Below are positions 1 to 10,745 of a stretch of 64,000 bases of DNA, in pieces. A program made the position numbers and the translations under genes. The notes under the pieces were generated by a model. The model saw only the letters and a list, made by a program, of their open reading frames with translations, did no database searches and was not told where the DNA came from. Numbering within the stretch: the stretch's first letter is position 1; the number at the start of each line of letters is the position of its first letter. The stretch is from Macrostomum lignano (lineage: Eukaryota): positions 941,600 to 1,005,599 of the forward strand of contig NIVC01000027.1 in assembly GCA_002269645.1 (NCBI GenBank). Direction: 5' to 3'.

Positions 1-101
1 AGGTGATAGGTGGGTAATCCAGAGATAATCGGTAGTCAAGACGTGCCAATTCGAAAATCTGGAATACTATGAATACTTTCTGCTCTCCTTCCATCCCAAA
101 G

Positions 102-337
102 ATCTCGAAGAAATTTTCACTGAGCTCAACAAGATGGTGCTCGAGCAGGGAGAGACGATCAATCTGATCGAGGACCAGGTCATTCACGTCGTTGAAGACG
201 TGGAAAAAGGACGAGAGCAGCTGGAAGACGCGGTGGTGAACCAGCGCTCCAGCAGAAAGAAAAAAATCATAATTATCCTCATTGTGGCAGCCCTGGTGCT
301 CGTGCTGGTTCTGGTCATCTCTGTGGTTCTGTCGTGA
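102..337 (+). CDS. Syntaxin (Qa-SNARE, syntaxin-1/2/3-like), terminal coding exon; upstream exons lie outside the window
   Basis: After a pyrimidine tract and AG acceptor (100-101) the frame reads (D)LEEIFTELNKMVLEQGETINLIEDQV...EKGREQLEDAVVNQRSSRKKK followed by a hydrophobic C-terminal anchor. This is a SNARE motif with the central Q (EQGE) and a tail anchor. AATAAA at 459-464. Confidence 0.9.
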
Positions 338-519
338 ACCTAAGGACTATAGAAACATTACATCCTATATAGAATTTTAAAGTCTGGCTTTTCTATTTAC
401 TCGTAAGTACATGTTTTGTAACAACTTTAATGCAGAAGCTGTTCGTGTAAATATGCCCAATAAATTGTTTTGTGCTTGCATTGCATCATCTTCGCTTTAT
501 TCTTCACTGATTAACAAAC

Positions 520-2735
520 TGATGTAACCACGCTCTGGTCGCGGGATAGGGCATGGGAACTTTTTCGAAAGTGCCTCCTATCCCGTGCACCCTCTGCACA
601 GAGCTGTCGAGACTCGGCCAGGTCTCCGACCGGGCCTGGAGACTCCCGCTCTGCTGCACCCCTCCTGCTGCCTTGGTCCCGTCTCTCCTGCCGCCACACC
701 TGCCTTTCCGGAGCCCCTACCCCTTTCTGTACCTCCCCCTCTACCCTATCTCTTCTGTTCCCGCCCTATTCTTCCTGTACTTTCTCTACCTCCTCCTTTT
801 TTTGTCTCCCTCTGCACTCTTTTCCTGCGCTGTCCCCTCTTTCCCTGTGTCTACTTACAGTACTTTGTGTGCTCACCGTCTCCCCATCCCCTCTCAAACT
901 CCCAAACGGTGACGCAAGTCGTGTGACCCCTTCTCCCCCTCGGTGACTCATCGATGACTCATCCCCCTCTCTTGCGCAACCTTTTCTCACGCTATTGTTC
1001 TCCTTCCCAAATTTCTCATGTGACACCCACCCCACCTCCGCTTCTATTGTTCTCGTTTTTGCTTCTTTTGTTCTCTCGACCCCCACCAATTATCACATTT
1101 TCTCCGATTTTCTCTTTCTTTTGTTCTCGTTTTCGCACCTAATTATCACCTTTTCTCCAATGTTTACTTTTCCATTGTTCTCAGTTTTCCCCAATTATCC
1201 CCGATTTCCAATTCCTTTGTTCTCGACCCCAGCCCTATTGTTCTCAATGTTTGCTTGCGCAACACTTTCGCGACCACCCGCTGCGCCAATTATCCCCCAC
1301 CCCACCTCCGGATTGCGCAATTTCCCGATTTCTCATGTTGCTATGCCGGTCTCATGCTTCTCATCATGACTCATTCTGACGTCATTCTGCCGGCAGCCAA
1401 TCAGAGAGAGGGAGCCATGGTAACGACCTTGAGGAGGCGGCTGTGAGGTCTATAAAAGGAAGCGATTTCGGCATGAGAATACTCAACTGAGTTTATCTCT
1501 GTTCCTCTCCTCGTCCTTCTTTGGACTTGCTGTCAGATTGAGTTCTGACCCATTCGTCTATAAGACGAATCCCTGCCGGTCCGCGGTCTGTTACCGCCAA
1601 GTTATCCTTAGCTCCCCAAGTGAGCTCGCCTATCGGCCAGCGGTCTGATACCGCCCAGCATCATCAGCATCGCCTGATCTACATCAGCGCCTCGTCGCTC
1701 CAGCGCATCGCCGCTTCACCGTCTGCCTGACTGCAGCCTACAGCCGCCCTCGGTCACTCCGCCTCTCTCTCTCTCTGTGCAGCGGCCGGTAAGTTCCTGC
1801 TACTAATTTGTGCTCTAATTGCCTGTGCTTATCCGGGGTTTGCCTATTTTCCATTGTCTGATTAGAGAGCTGAGCCAATTGTGATACCGTATCTTTTGCT
1901 GTATTTTACTCAATAGTGAAGCCGCCTAATTGCCTGACTATTTGCCTAAGGGCCTAATTATTAACTATTAGCTAACTTCATCATTATTCAATCTTTCACC
2001 ATCATTTCACTCATGGCTTGCTAAGCCTTTCTCCCGGGGTGGCAAAGCATAAGGAAGTTTGGGTAAGCTAATGGCCTCTCCCCGTGCAAAGCCCGCCTGT
2101 GAGTGCGTGATGCGGGGCCGCGTGTGCGTGCAGTAGAGGGATTAGCGAGTCTTGGCACAGAATGGCAGTAGGAAGGTTGCAACCCCATGCTAACGCGTCC
2201 CTTCGCCCTGAGCAATCTAAACTGTAGACAGTACATGTTCGCCTCATACTACTCTTAGTAATCAAAGTCGCAAGTCAGCCTCGCTCACAGCCACAAAGGA
2301 TCCCCTGCTGAGAAATCCTCCAGGATTGAGCCCAGAGTTCCCGATCATGCCCCAAGCAGAGTCCCTGTACTCGGCTGCATGCGTCTCCCCTGTTAGCCTA
2401 AATCCCCTGGTAACCAATCCAGGCGGGGCTCTAGCCTCGAGAGGTCTGGTAGAAAGATCCAGGTGCGCCAGGTCACATAGAGTGGTGGCAGCCACTCGGT
2501 CATACCATGACCGAGTGACCAACTATTGCACCTTGGCTACAGGTGGGGTCCATGTGGGTCCTTGGCCCTCTGGTCACGAAGCGCTACCAAAGCTACTAAT
2601 CATGTGGGCGGGACAGTCTGGTGCTGGAGGTCCGTCAGGTCATTGCCCGGTCATAGGCAGCCTACGGTCATTGCCCCCTCTAGCCATGCGTTCGTCTCTC
2701 TACGGAGCGGACAGGCGACAAGGGCGGTTACATCA
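520..2735 (+). mobile_element. Solo LTR (Ty3/Gypsy-like), 2,216 bp
   Basis: TG...CA ends form a perfect 10-bp inverted repeat (TGATGTAACC 520-529 / GGTTACATCA 2726-2735). The 4-bp direct repeat AAAC flanks both sides (516-519, 2736-2739). There is an internal promoter-like block and no gag/pol homology. Confidence 0.75.
1377..1457 (+). promoter_or_regulatory. Pol II promoter module inside the LTR
   Basis: TGACGTCA (CRE, 1377-1384), CCAAT (1397-1401), X-box-like GGAGCCATGGTAAC (1411-1424) and TATAAAA (1451-1457) occur in canonical order. Splice donor G|GTAAGT at 1789. Confidence 0.5.
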
Positions 2736-2811
2736 AAACCAAGTGCCATTTCAAGGACTAATAGACTTATTTTTTACTTGAATTGGTTGACTTTAAGTCA
2801 TATTAATGCGG

Positions 2812-3115
2812 GTGTCACCTGCACCCAATCACAGTGTCACCTGCACTAATAACAGTGTCACCTGCACCAATCATAGTGTCACCTGCACCAATCACAGTGT
2901 CACCTGCACCAATCACAGTGTCACCTGCACCAATCACAGTGTCACCTGCACCAATCACAGTGTCACCTGCACCAATCACAGTGTCACCTGCACCAATCAC
3001 AGTGTCACCTGCACCAATCACAGTGTCACCTGCACCAATCACAGTGTCACCTGCACCAATCACAGTGTCACCTGCACCAATCACAGTGTCACCTGCACCA
3101 ATCACATTGTCACCT
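2812..3115. repeat. 21-bp minisatellite (GTGTCACCTGCACCAATCACA), ~14 copies
   Basis: Near-perfect tandem units read directly. Confidence 0.97.
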
Positions 3116-3129
3116 ACTGTATTCAACAG

Positions 3130-3640
3130 GTCATATTGAACAGGAAACATGTTGAATCGTATTAGACAGATATGAAGGCCTTCGGTGAGACAGCAGAAGT
3201 ATCCATACAACACTTCTAACGTCGGCACACGTAACCAAACTATGTCGTAGCTTATGACAAATGTATAAGAGCAGCACTCCAGCAAAGATGTTGTTGTTGA
3301 AAACTTTATGTCGCCCTTTGAGTAGCTGGCGCACTCACTGGAGTCGCTGAAGCTGCCGTTTTGCAGCATGGTGCTCAGCTGCTGGGTGTTGGCATGGTAA
3401 CAGGCTGACTTGGCTCCTGAGAAGTGCATCACTGAGCAGAGCTCAGACATGACGCATTTCGTGGCGCACCCGACCAGATCGTTGTCAGACGGTATGGAGG
3501 TCAACTCTGGCAGGCTTGAGTCGGATGGACACCTGCTGATCAGCTTCAGGACCGACAGTCGCTGCTCAGAGAGCGCCACCTTCGGCAGCGTCAGCATGAC
3601 TGCCACGATGAAGAACTAAATATTTAGCCTGAGTGTTGTT
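3130..3640 (-). pseudogene. Decayed paralogue 1 of the PAN-LamG secreted protein family
   Basis: It encodes LPKVALSEQRL...CATKCVMSELC...CYHANTQQL...ECASYSK, homologous to 6741-7772. The start ATG is lost and an in-frame TAG lies at 3616-3618. The LamG part is shifted/degenerate and runs into the 21-bp array. Confidence 0.75.
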
Positions 3641-4403
3641 GTCAAGCTAGGCATAACAAAATATACACGAATAACAGGCATCAGTCTCCTGTAAACCCAA
3701 GTGTGGGCTGCCGATCTTCTTGTAGAGACGCGCAAAAAAGCTTGCACGAGTATTACAGAGTCTAATGCGGTACTAGTGCTGATGACTTCAGAATATTACA
3801 TGCTATTATTTGCATGTAAAGAAAGCACATTCGTCAGCAATACTCTACTTATAGTAATACCACGTGAAAAAGAGAATGCAGATCATTCTCGTATCGTTAA
3901 GTAACCGGTTTTCAGTAAGCTTCTCTTGCGAATTGTAAATATGGTAAATGTTAACCCAACAATAACCCTAAATCTCATTCACAAAGCTCCACCTCTCAGA
4001 CGTCAAAATTACTTTCGTTCTTATAGGTTAAGCCAACTTGTGTACAAATGTAAGCCCAAACTGCTGAAATCCCTGACAAAAAAGAGCTGGATAAGGATAG
4101 AACAGATAAGAACACATCCCTGAAAGAAGATTTTACCATAATAAGTTCAATGATTATCCATTGACGCTGATTACGAAACAACTATCCCAACACAGATTCT
4201 GATTCTGAGACTTATAGAAGACGCCATTTTTGAGCACCCGGATTTCTGTCAGCAAATTGTTAGGGCGCAATCTTGCGGTTGCGGTTGGTTCAAGTAAAGA
4301 GTTCGATGACGTTAATCCTCTTGGTAAATTAAATCGTTCTCTTATTAGACAACTGAACATTTAGAAGAAGTGGCTGGGATTTCGTGCGTTTAGAGACTAG
4401 ATT

Positions 4404-4405
<2 letters not shown>

Positions 4406-4473
<68 letters not shown>
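4406..4473. repeat. (CT)n microsatellite
   Basis: Pure dinucleotide run. Confidence 0.98.
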
Positions 4474-4479
<6 letters not shown>

Positions 4480-5109
4480 AAATTAATATCGTCCTATCTC
4501 GGATACCTTTGCTTAAACTGGTTGCTATGGAGCGGATATAAACAGTGTACTGGTAATGTACACCAGTAGAAATGGAAGAAGGAACGAGGGGCTGCAAGTA
4601 CGAGAGAAAGTGGCTTCAGTGACTCACTTGTGATGACACTCTATTCTTATCTCTTACTTGAGATACATTTAACGATGATAGAAAGTCGTCATTGTCTTTA
4701 ACGATGGATGGCTCCCTCTCGCAAAGTCGTTTTTTGAAGAAAAAAATCCTTCGTCTGAGTTCCTAAAAAGAATGCATACGCGCAGTTGAATTGTTCCTGA
4801 CCATCGGGACGTGTCAGCAAGGCAGACACGCGAGTGAGTAAAACTTTACTCTCAGCAGCTGTTGGGGAAGTCTTCTTAGCTTGGGCTTGCGACGTGTGCC
4901 TGCGGCGCCAGCCGCCTTCCTCAGTAGTAAAAATCCTCTTAGAGAAGGCTTCCCTAGGGACTGAGACAGTGTCTTTTGTCGAGCGATCTGACTACTCCGT
5001 TTTCTAACAGCTTGAGGGAATTTTAGGAGGTTTAGAATTCACGAAAGAACAGAATCCAAAGCTGAAATTCAGTGTGAGCTTTCTGATTTCCAAAGTTACG
5101 GAACAAATA

Positions 5110-5539
5110 GGGGCGCCCTCCAAGAGACAGGGGCGCCGACCAAGAGACAAGGGCACCGACCAAGAGACAAGGGCACCGACCAAGAGACAGGGGCACCGAC
5201 CAAGAGACAAGGGCACCGACCAAGAGACAGGGGCGCCCACCAAGAGACAGGGGCGCCGACCAAGAGACAAGGGCACCGGCCAAGAGACAGGGGCACCGAC
5301 CAAGAGACAGGGGCACCGACCAAGAGACAAGGGCACCGACCAAGAGACAGGGGCGCCGACCAAGAGACAGGGGCACCGACCAAGAGACAAGGGCACCGAC
5401 CAAAAGACAAGGGCACCGACCAAGAGACAGGGGCACTGACCAAGAGACAGGGGCACCGACCAAGAGACAAAGGCACCGACCAAGAGACAGGGGCGCCGAC
5501 CAAGAGACAGGGGCACCGACCAAGAGACAGGGGCGCCCT
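5110..5539. repeat. 20-bp minisatellite (CAAGAGACAGGGGCACCGAC), ~21 copies
   Basis: Tandem units with A/G and A/C variants. Confidence 0.97.
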
Positions 5540-6014
5540 CATGATTGCGACATCTCCAATTAAAAATCATAAATTCATAAATAGAAATGCGCAGTATCAT
5601 TTATAATAAAAGATTCTTCAGCTGAACTTTACCAGATACGACGTATATAGATCTGAAAAATGTTTAAAGTTTATATTTTAAAGAAATGGTTCAATAAATT
5701 TAAAATTTGGGCTTGCTGTTAAAACTCCTACTATACTGTACTGCATCAGTTATTGCGTAATCAGTTTAGAAAAAGCAGTGAATCTGGTTTTGCTAATTAA
5801 AAACATGTAGAAAAAGCAATTACTGCTTGAATAGTACAGCTGAGGTGTTTAACTTGCAAAATAGTAACACTTGGATAAGGATATAGCAGAAAAGATACTT
5901 GGATTTAGATGCATGTCATTAGTTGACAATAAATATGGAATTTTTTATTCTAAATTACACATTATAACAAGAAGCAATTGTATCAAGCCAAAAATATCAG
6001 TAACAAAGTCTCTA

Positions 6015-6388
6015 CTGCCATAGACAGCACTCTCCATATTCTCCGCTGCCATAGACAGCACTCTCCATATTCCCCCGCTGCCATAGACAGCACTCTCCAT
6101 ATTCCCCCGCTGCCATACACAGCACTCTCCATATTCCCCCGCTGCCATACACAGCACTCTCCATATTCCCCCGCTGCCATAGACAGCACTCTCCATATTC
6201 CCCCGCTGCCATAGACAGCACTCTCCATATTCCCCCGCTGCCATAGACAGCACTCTCCATATTCCCCCGCTGCCATAGACAGCACTCTCCATATTCCCCC
6301 GCTGCCATAGACAGCACTCTCCATATTCCCCCGCTGCCATAGACAGCACTCTCCATATTCTCCCCGCTGCCATAGACAGCACTCTCCA
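6015..6388. repeat. 32-bp minisatellite (CTGCCATAGACAGCACTCTCCATATTCCCCCG), ~12 copies
   Basis: Tandem units; a 32-aa period appears in the overlapping ORFs. Confidence 0.97.
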
Positions 6389-6740
6389 TTTTCTCAGATG
6401 ATTGATACAAGCAACAAGTTTGCCTGTTCACTTTCTTTCATAAGACAAACACCCGTGATTTCTAATCCCGAGATCTGGACTTACTTGCACGGTATCTCTG
6501 ATGAATGCAGGCTAATAAAAGTTAACATTAATGCTGGTTTGCTGTCCATAATTTCAGCTTAAATTTGATAAGTTAACCCATTCTGATTTTTTTGACAAAA
6601 TTCTCTTAACTTTGATACAGAATCTCTCGTATATACAGTATTGACATAGGGCCATGGCTTGATTGACTGGGTTTGATAAACTTTATAGATTAGATAGCAT
6701 TGATAGCATTTCTAAACAGCCATAAAGTTCATTGCTCGCT

Positions 6741-7772
6741 CTAGCAGAAGCTGTCCAGCTGCCGCAGCTCCGTCTCGGTGAGCGCCTCCTTGGCGATGGC
6801 GTAACAAATCATTCGGCCGTGAAGGGCGTCGCCTTTAGCAGGCCAGTTGCCTAGTCGCAGACAGATGGGGGAGCTAGAAAGTATTAAATCATAATTATCT
6901 CCAAGGCCGATGAAGGATCCATTGAAATAAAGTGTAGAAAGGCTTCCAGCACTGAAGACGGCCCCAGCTGAGACCAGCTGAGGAGTGCTGTCGATCGAAA
7001 CCAATACTGTGCTGCTCAAGCGAGAGACAGAAGCCGAATCGGAGAGTACGTAAGCGATGCCTAGTCTACCCTTCCGGTCGCCAAATAGCCCACCGGCATT
7101 GATATTTTGCGTGCAGTCATGGAAACAGTGATAGGCTTGATTAACACTTGTTTGACGTGTCAGTTTAGTATAGAATGTAAAGTTATTGGCAGCCGTCAGG
7201 AAAGTTGATACAAGCGTTGCGTTATCATTGTCCACCTCAATGTAGTCGTCAGTACTGCCTCCTGAAAAATGGGCACCCTGGGAGTCCCGAGTGACAGAGC
7301 CGCTAGGAGTGGCCAGGTACTTATCTGGATTCACCAGGTTTTTGTAGCTCTTCCTGAAGTCGAACAGAATGAGCAGTTTCGAAAGTAGAGTTGCCGATAG
7401 CTCGGTGGGTGGAGCTTCAGTTGTCGTTGGCAGCTCCACGTCGCCCTTGGAGTAGCTGGCGCACTCGCTGGACTCACCAGAGCCGTTGTTCTGCAGCATG
7501 GCGCTCAGCTGCTGGGTGTTGGCGTGGTAACAGACAGACTGGACTCCGGAGAAGTGCATCACCAAACAGAGCTCCGACATGACGCATTTTATAGCGCACT
7601 CGAACAGGTCGCTGGCAGACGGTACGGAGGTCAACTCTTGCAGGCTTGAGTCGGATGGACACCTGCTGATCAGCTTCAGGGCTGGCAGTCGCTGCTCAGA
7701 GAGCGCCACCTGCGGCAGCATCAGCATGGCTGCCACGACAAAGTAGAACTCGCTATTTAGCCTGAGTCTCAT
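6741..7772 (-). CDS. Secreted PAN/apple-like + Thr/Pro linker + LamG/ConA-like (Laminin_G_3-type) protein, intact paralogue 2 (343 aa, intronless)
   Basis: ATG-to-stop ORF with a hydrophobic N-terminal signal-like segment. The PAN-type Cys pattern is ECAIKC..SELC..MHF.....C. A TTTEAPPT linker precedes a beta-sandwich region with LLILFDF, LYFNG and LGNW...LHGRM.CYAI...L...E..QL motifs. It has two paralogues in the window. Confidence 0.85.
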   Translation of the reverse strand: MRLRLNSEFYFVVAAMLMLPQVALSEQRLPALKLISRCPSDSSLQELTSVPSASDLFECAIKCVMSELCLVMHFSGVQSVCYHANTQQLSAMLQNNGSGESSECASYSKGDVELPTTTEAPPTELSATLLSKLLILFDFRKSYKNLVNPDKYLATPSGSVTRDSQGAHFSGGSTDDYIEVDNDNATLVSTFLTAANNFTFYTKLTRQTSVNQAYHCFHDCTQNINAGGLFGDRKGRLGIAYVLSDSASVSRLSSTVLVSIDSTPQLVSAGAVFSAGSLSTLYFNGSFIGLGDNYDLILSSSPICLRLGNWPAKGDALHGRMICYAIAKEALTETELRQLDSFC

Positions 7773-8631
7773 TGTAAACGGAGTTAATAGAATAATATAG
7801 GTTTTCAGAAACTTTTTTAGAAGCCGCTGAGCAAGGTGTCTGTTTCCTAGTGTGGGATGTCACTCCTTCCAGTGGTCTTTGGAGTAGGGTGACGAATTAT
7901 TTTCATCTCAGATTCTCAAACCGGTTTCTATGAAGCGTTTGATAACAGTGGCTTCTTATTGGTTGGAGAGAAGACAGACGGGTAGCGCGGGCTCTAATCA
8001 AACACAGGTAGAATCGACGGTACTGTACACTAAGTGGCGCAACTTGTGAACAATGGAACCTGGGTTAGAGCTGTCTTTCTTGGAAAAGTAGCAGGGGAAG
8101 ACACCTGTTGAAAGTGTTTTACCACGGGCTAAGGAGGTAAGTAACAAAAATCAATTATCGCTGACTGTAGGATGCAGCTTTTCTTATTGAAAGTTAACTC
8201 TTTAGAGAAGTCAATGAAGCTAGTAATTGTCTCTCGCTACTGCTGAGTGTTGGTTGGCTTGTCGAGAGAGAGAGCTTGAGTGCGTACGCCTGTATCCCAG
8301 TGCCAGTGTTGCAGAAGACTCATTCTGCTCTCCTTAAAAGCTGTTTGTCGTCGGGAACAGAGGGTGTCAAAAATGAGCTCAAAAAGTCGACAGAAAGCTA
8401 CGATTCAGTTTGACTTTTAATTGCATGCAATATGAGTGTAGTGTGGCTGAGTTTCTGATTCAGTTGATGATTTTTGCAGTAGTGTAATAGTAGGTATTGC
8501 ATGCTGTAGTATAAAGTGGCGTTCATTCTACCACGACTGTTTTTAGTGACCGGTGACCAGTGTGTTGACAGAAAACCATTGCTATAAATTGAAACTATAT
8601 CAATACTACTCATAGTAGCTAAAATAGTGGT

Positions 8632-9434
8632 CACCCTACACCTTGCTGATTCCATGCCTAATCTCACACGACATCTGGCTGATTCCGTCTCTAATCTCAG
8701 CCTACACCTTGCTGATCCATGCCTAATCTCACACTACATCTGGCTGATTTCGTCTCTAATCTCACCCTACACCTTGCTGATTACGTCTCTAATCTCACCC
8801 TACACCTTGCTGATTCCGTCTCTAATCTCACCCTACACCTTGCCGATTCCATCTCTAATCTCACACTACATCTGGTTAATTCCATCTCTGATCTCATCCT
8901 ACATCTGACTGATTCCATTTCTAATCTCATGCAACATCTAGATGATTCCATATCTAATCTCATGCAACATCTAGATGATTCTATATCTAATCTCATGCAA
9001 CATCTAGATGATTCTATATCTAATCTCATGTAACATCTTGATGATTCCATATCTAATCTCATGCTAAATCTAGATGATTCCATATCTAATCTCATGCTAC
9101 ATCTAGATGATTCCATATCTAATCTCATGCTACATCTAGATGATTCCATATCTAATCTCATGCTACATCTAGATGATTCCATATCTAATCTCATGCTACA
9201 TCTAGATGATTCTATATTTAATCTCATGCAACATCTAGATGATTCCATATCTAATCTCATGCAACATGTAGATGATTCCAAACTAATCTCATGCAACATC
9301 TATATGATTTCATATCTAATCTCATGCAACATCTAGATGATTCCATATCTAATCTCATGCAACATCTAGATGATTCTATATCTAATGTCATGCAACATCT
9401 AGATGATTCTATATCTAATCTCATGCAACATCTA
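8632..9434. repeat. 33-bp minisatellite (TCTAGATGATTCCATATCTAATCTCATGCAACA), ~24 copies with a divergence gradient
   Basis: Tandem units; left copies read CCTTGCTGATTCCGTCTCTAATCTCACCCTACA and grade into the right-hand consensus. Confidence 0.95.
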
Positions 9435-9914
9435 CCGCTTTCCACCTTATCGACAAGCTACCTGCTATAGGCACTGTTTGCTTTTTTAGGCTCATGCTTC
9501 GGGATCATCAGAAACAAGGTTTAGAGATGAGAACAAACGTGAACTTCTGAGATTCTCAAAAAAGTTAGGAAATATATAGAGAATGATTCTGTTATTTTTA
9601 AATAAAAAACAGGAGTAAGATTTAGAAACAAGAGATCCGATTCTCGCAAGTATGCCCTACTGGTATTTACTATATTAAACCAAATCACACGAATTGTATT
9701 GAGAATCAGGGAGTAGATTTATCTAAACTCACAAACTTCAACTCTTATCGATTCTTGACGATAATAAGTGAAAAAAAATAATAGGAAAAAACTGAACAAG
9801 CTGACATCACAGAGTTTAATAACTAATCAATTGATTACTTGGACTAAGTTTGTTGCACTGCTGGAGCAGTTATTTGATACAAGAGACAGGGGGAGCTGAT
9901 GGAATGCAATAGTA

Positions 9915-10320
9915 GACTTTGAGAAAGGGTGAGATGCAATAGGAGACATTGGGAGAGGGTGGGATGCAATGGGAGATATTGGGAGAGGGTGGGATGCAAT
10001 AGGAGATATTAGGAGAGGGTGAGATGCAATAGGAGATATTAGGAGAGGGTGAGATGCAATGGGAGATATTGGGAGTGGGTGAGATGCAATGGGAGACATC
10101 GGGGGAGGGTGGGATGCAATGGGAGATATTAGGAGAGGGTGAGATGCAAAATGAGATATTGGGAGAGGGTGGGATACAATTGGAGACCTTAGGAGAGGCT
10201 TAGGTGCAATGGGAGATGACTTTGGGAGAGGGTGAGATGCAATTTGAGACATTGGGAGAGGGTGAGATGCAATAAGAGACATTGGGAGAGGGTGGGTTGC
10301 AATTTGAGACAGTGTGAGAC
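9915..10320. repeat. 30-bp minisatellite (GGGAGAGGGTGAGATGCAATGGGAGATATT), ~13 copies
   Basis: Tandem units with a 10-aa period on the minus strand. Confidence 0.95.
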
Positions 10321-10398
10321 GGTGGATGCAATAAGAGACAGTAGAAGGTTATGGGATGCAGTGATAAAGAACATAAAAGTACATGTCAAGGAATTGAT

Positions 10399-10654
10399 GG
10401 CCGTAGTCTAGTGGTCTCACGCGGCGCTCTTATGTGTCAGGGACCCCAGGCTCGATTTCAGGTGCAGTCACATTAATTTGGGGCTAAATTGGAGTCTCGG
10501 CTTGAGGGCCGACCCTCAAAGCACAGTGAAGTGTACATGTCGAACAATAAATAAAGCTAGGGCCGCTGTACACTCCCGTGTGCGTGTGCGCCTGCTCAGA
10601 GGAGTCGGCGGCATGGGCAGTAATGCCTGTCGCCGGTTGTGCGACAATGTCGCC
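10399..10654 (+). mobile_element. tRNA-derived SINE, copy A
   Basis: Head GGCCGTAGTCTAGTGGTCT (A box)...GGCTCGATTTC (B box). The body aligns with the reverse-strand copy at 15926-16207 through ...AGTGTACATG..ATAAATAAAG..AGGGCCGCTGTACACTCC...GCCTGTCGCCGGTTGTG.GACAATG. Confidence 0.8.
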
Positions 10655-10745
10655 TAAAGTTCGTCAGGGTTCCTGCCTCATGTCAACATGTCAGAGAATC
10701 GCAGAGATGGTGGACTGTTCAGTCTCTCGATCATAATCAATCAGT

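Noticed and set aside
553-2849. Numerous 60-150-aa ORFs inside the LTR
   Set aside because: They come from pyrimidine/purine strand bias and show no gag, pol or env motifs.
10399-10470. Possible tRNA genes here and at 13815-13877 and 16135-16207
   Set aside because: The A and B boxes are present, but the anticodon and acceptor stems do not pair and shared non-tRNA tails follow, so they were called SINEs.
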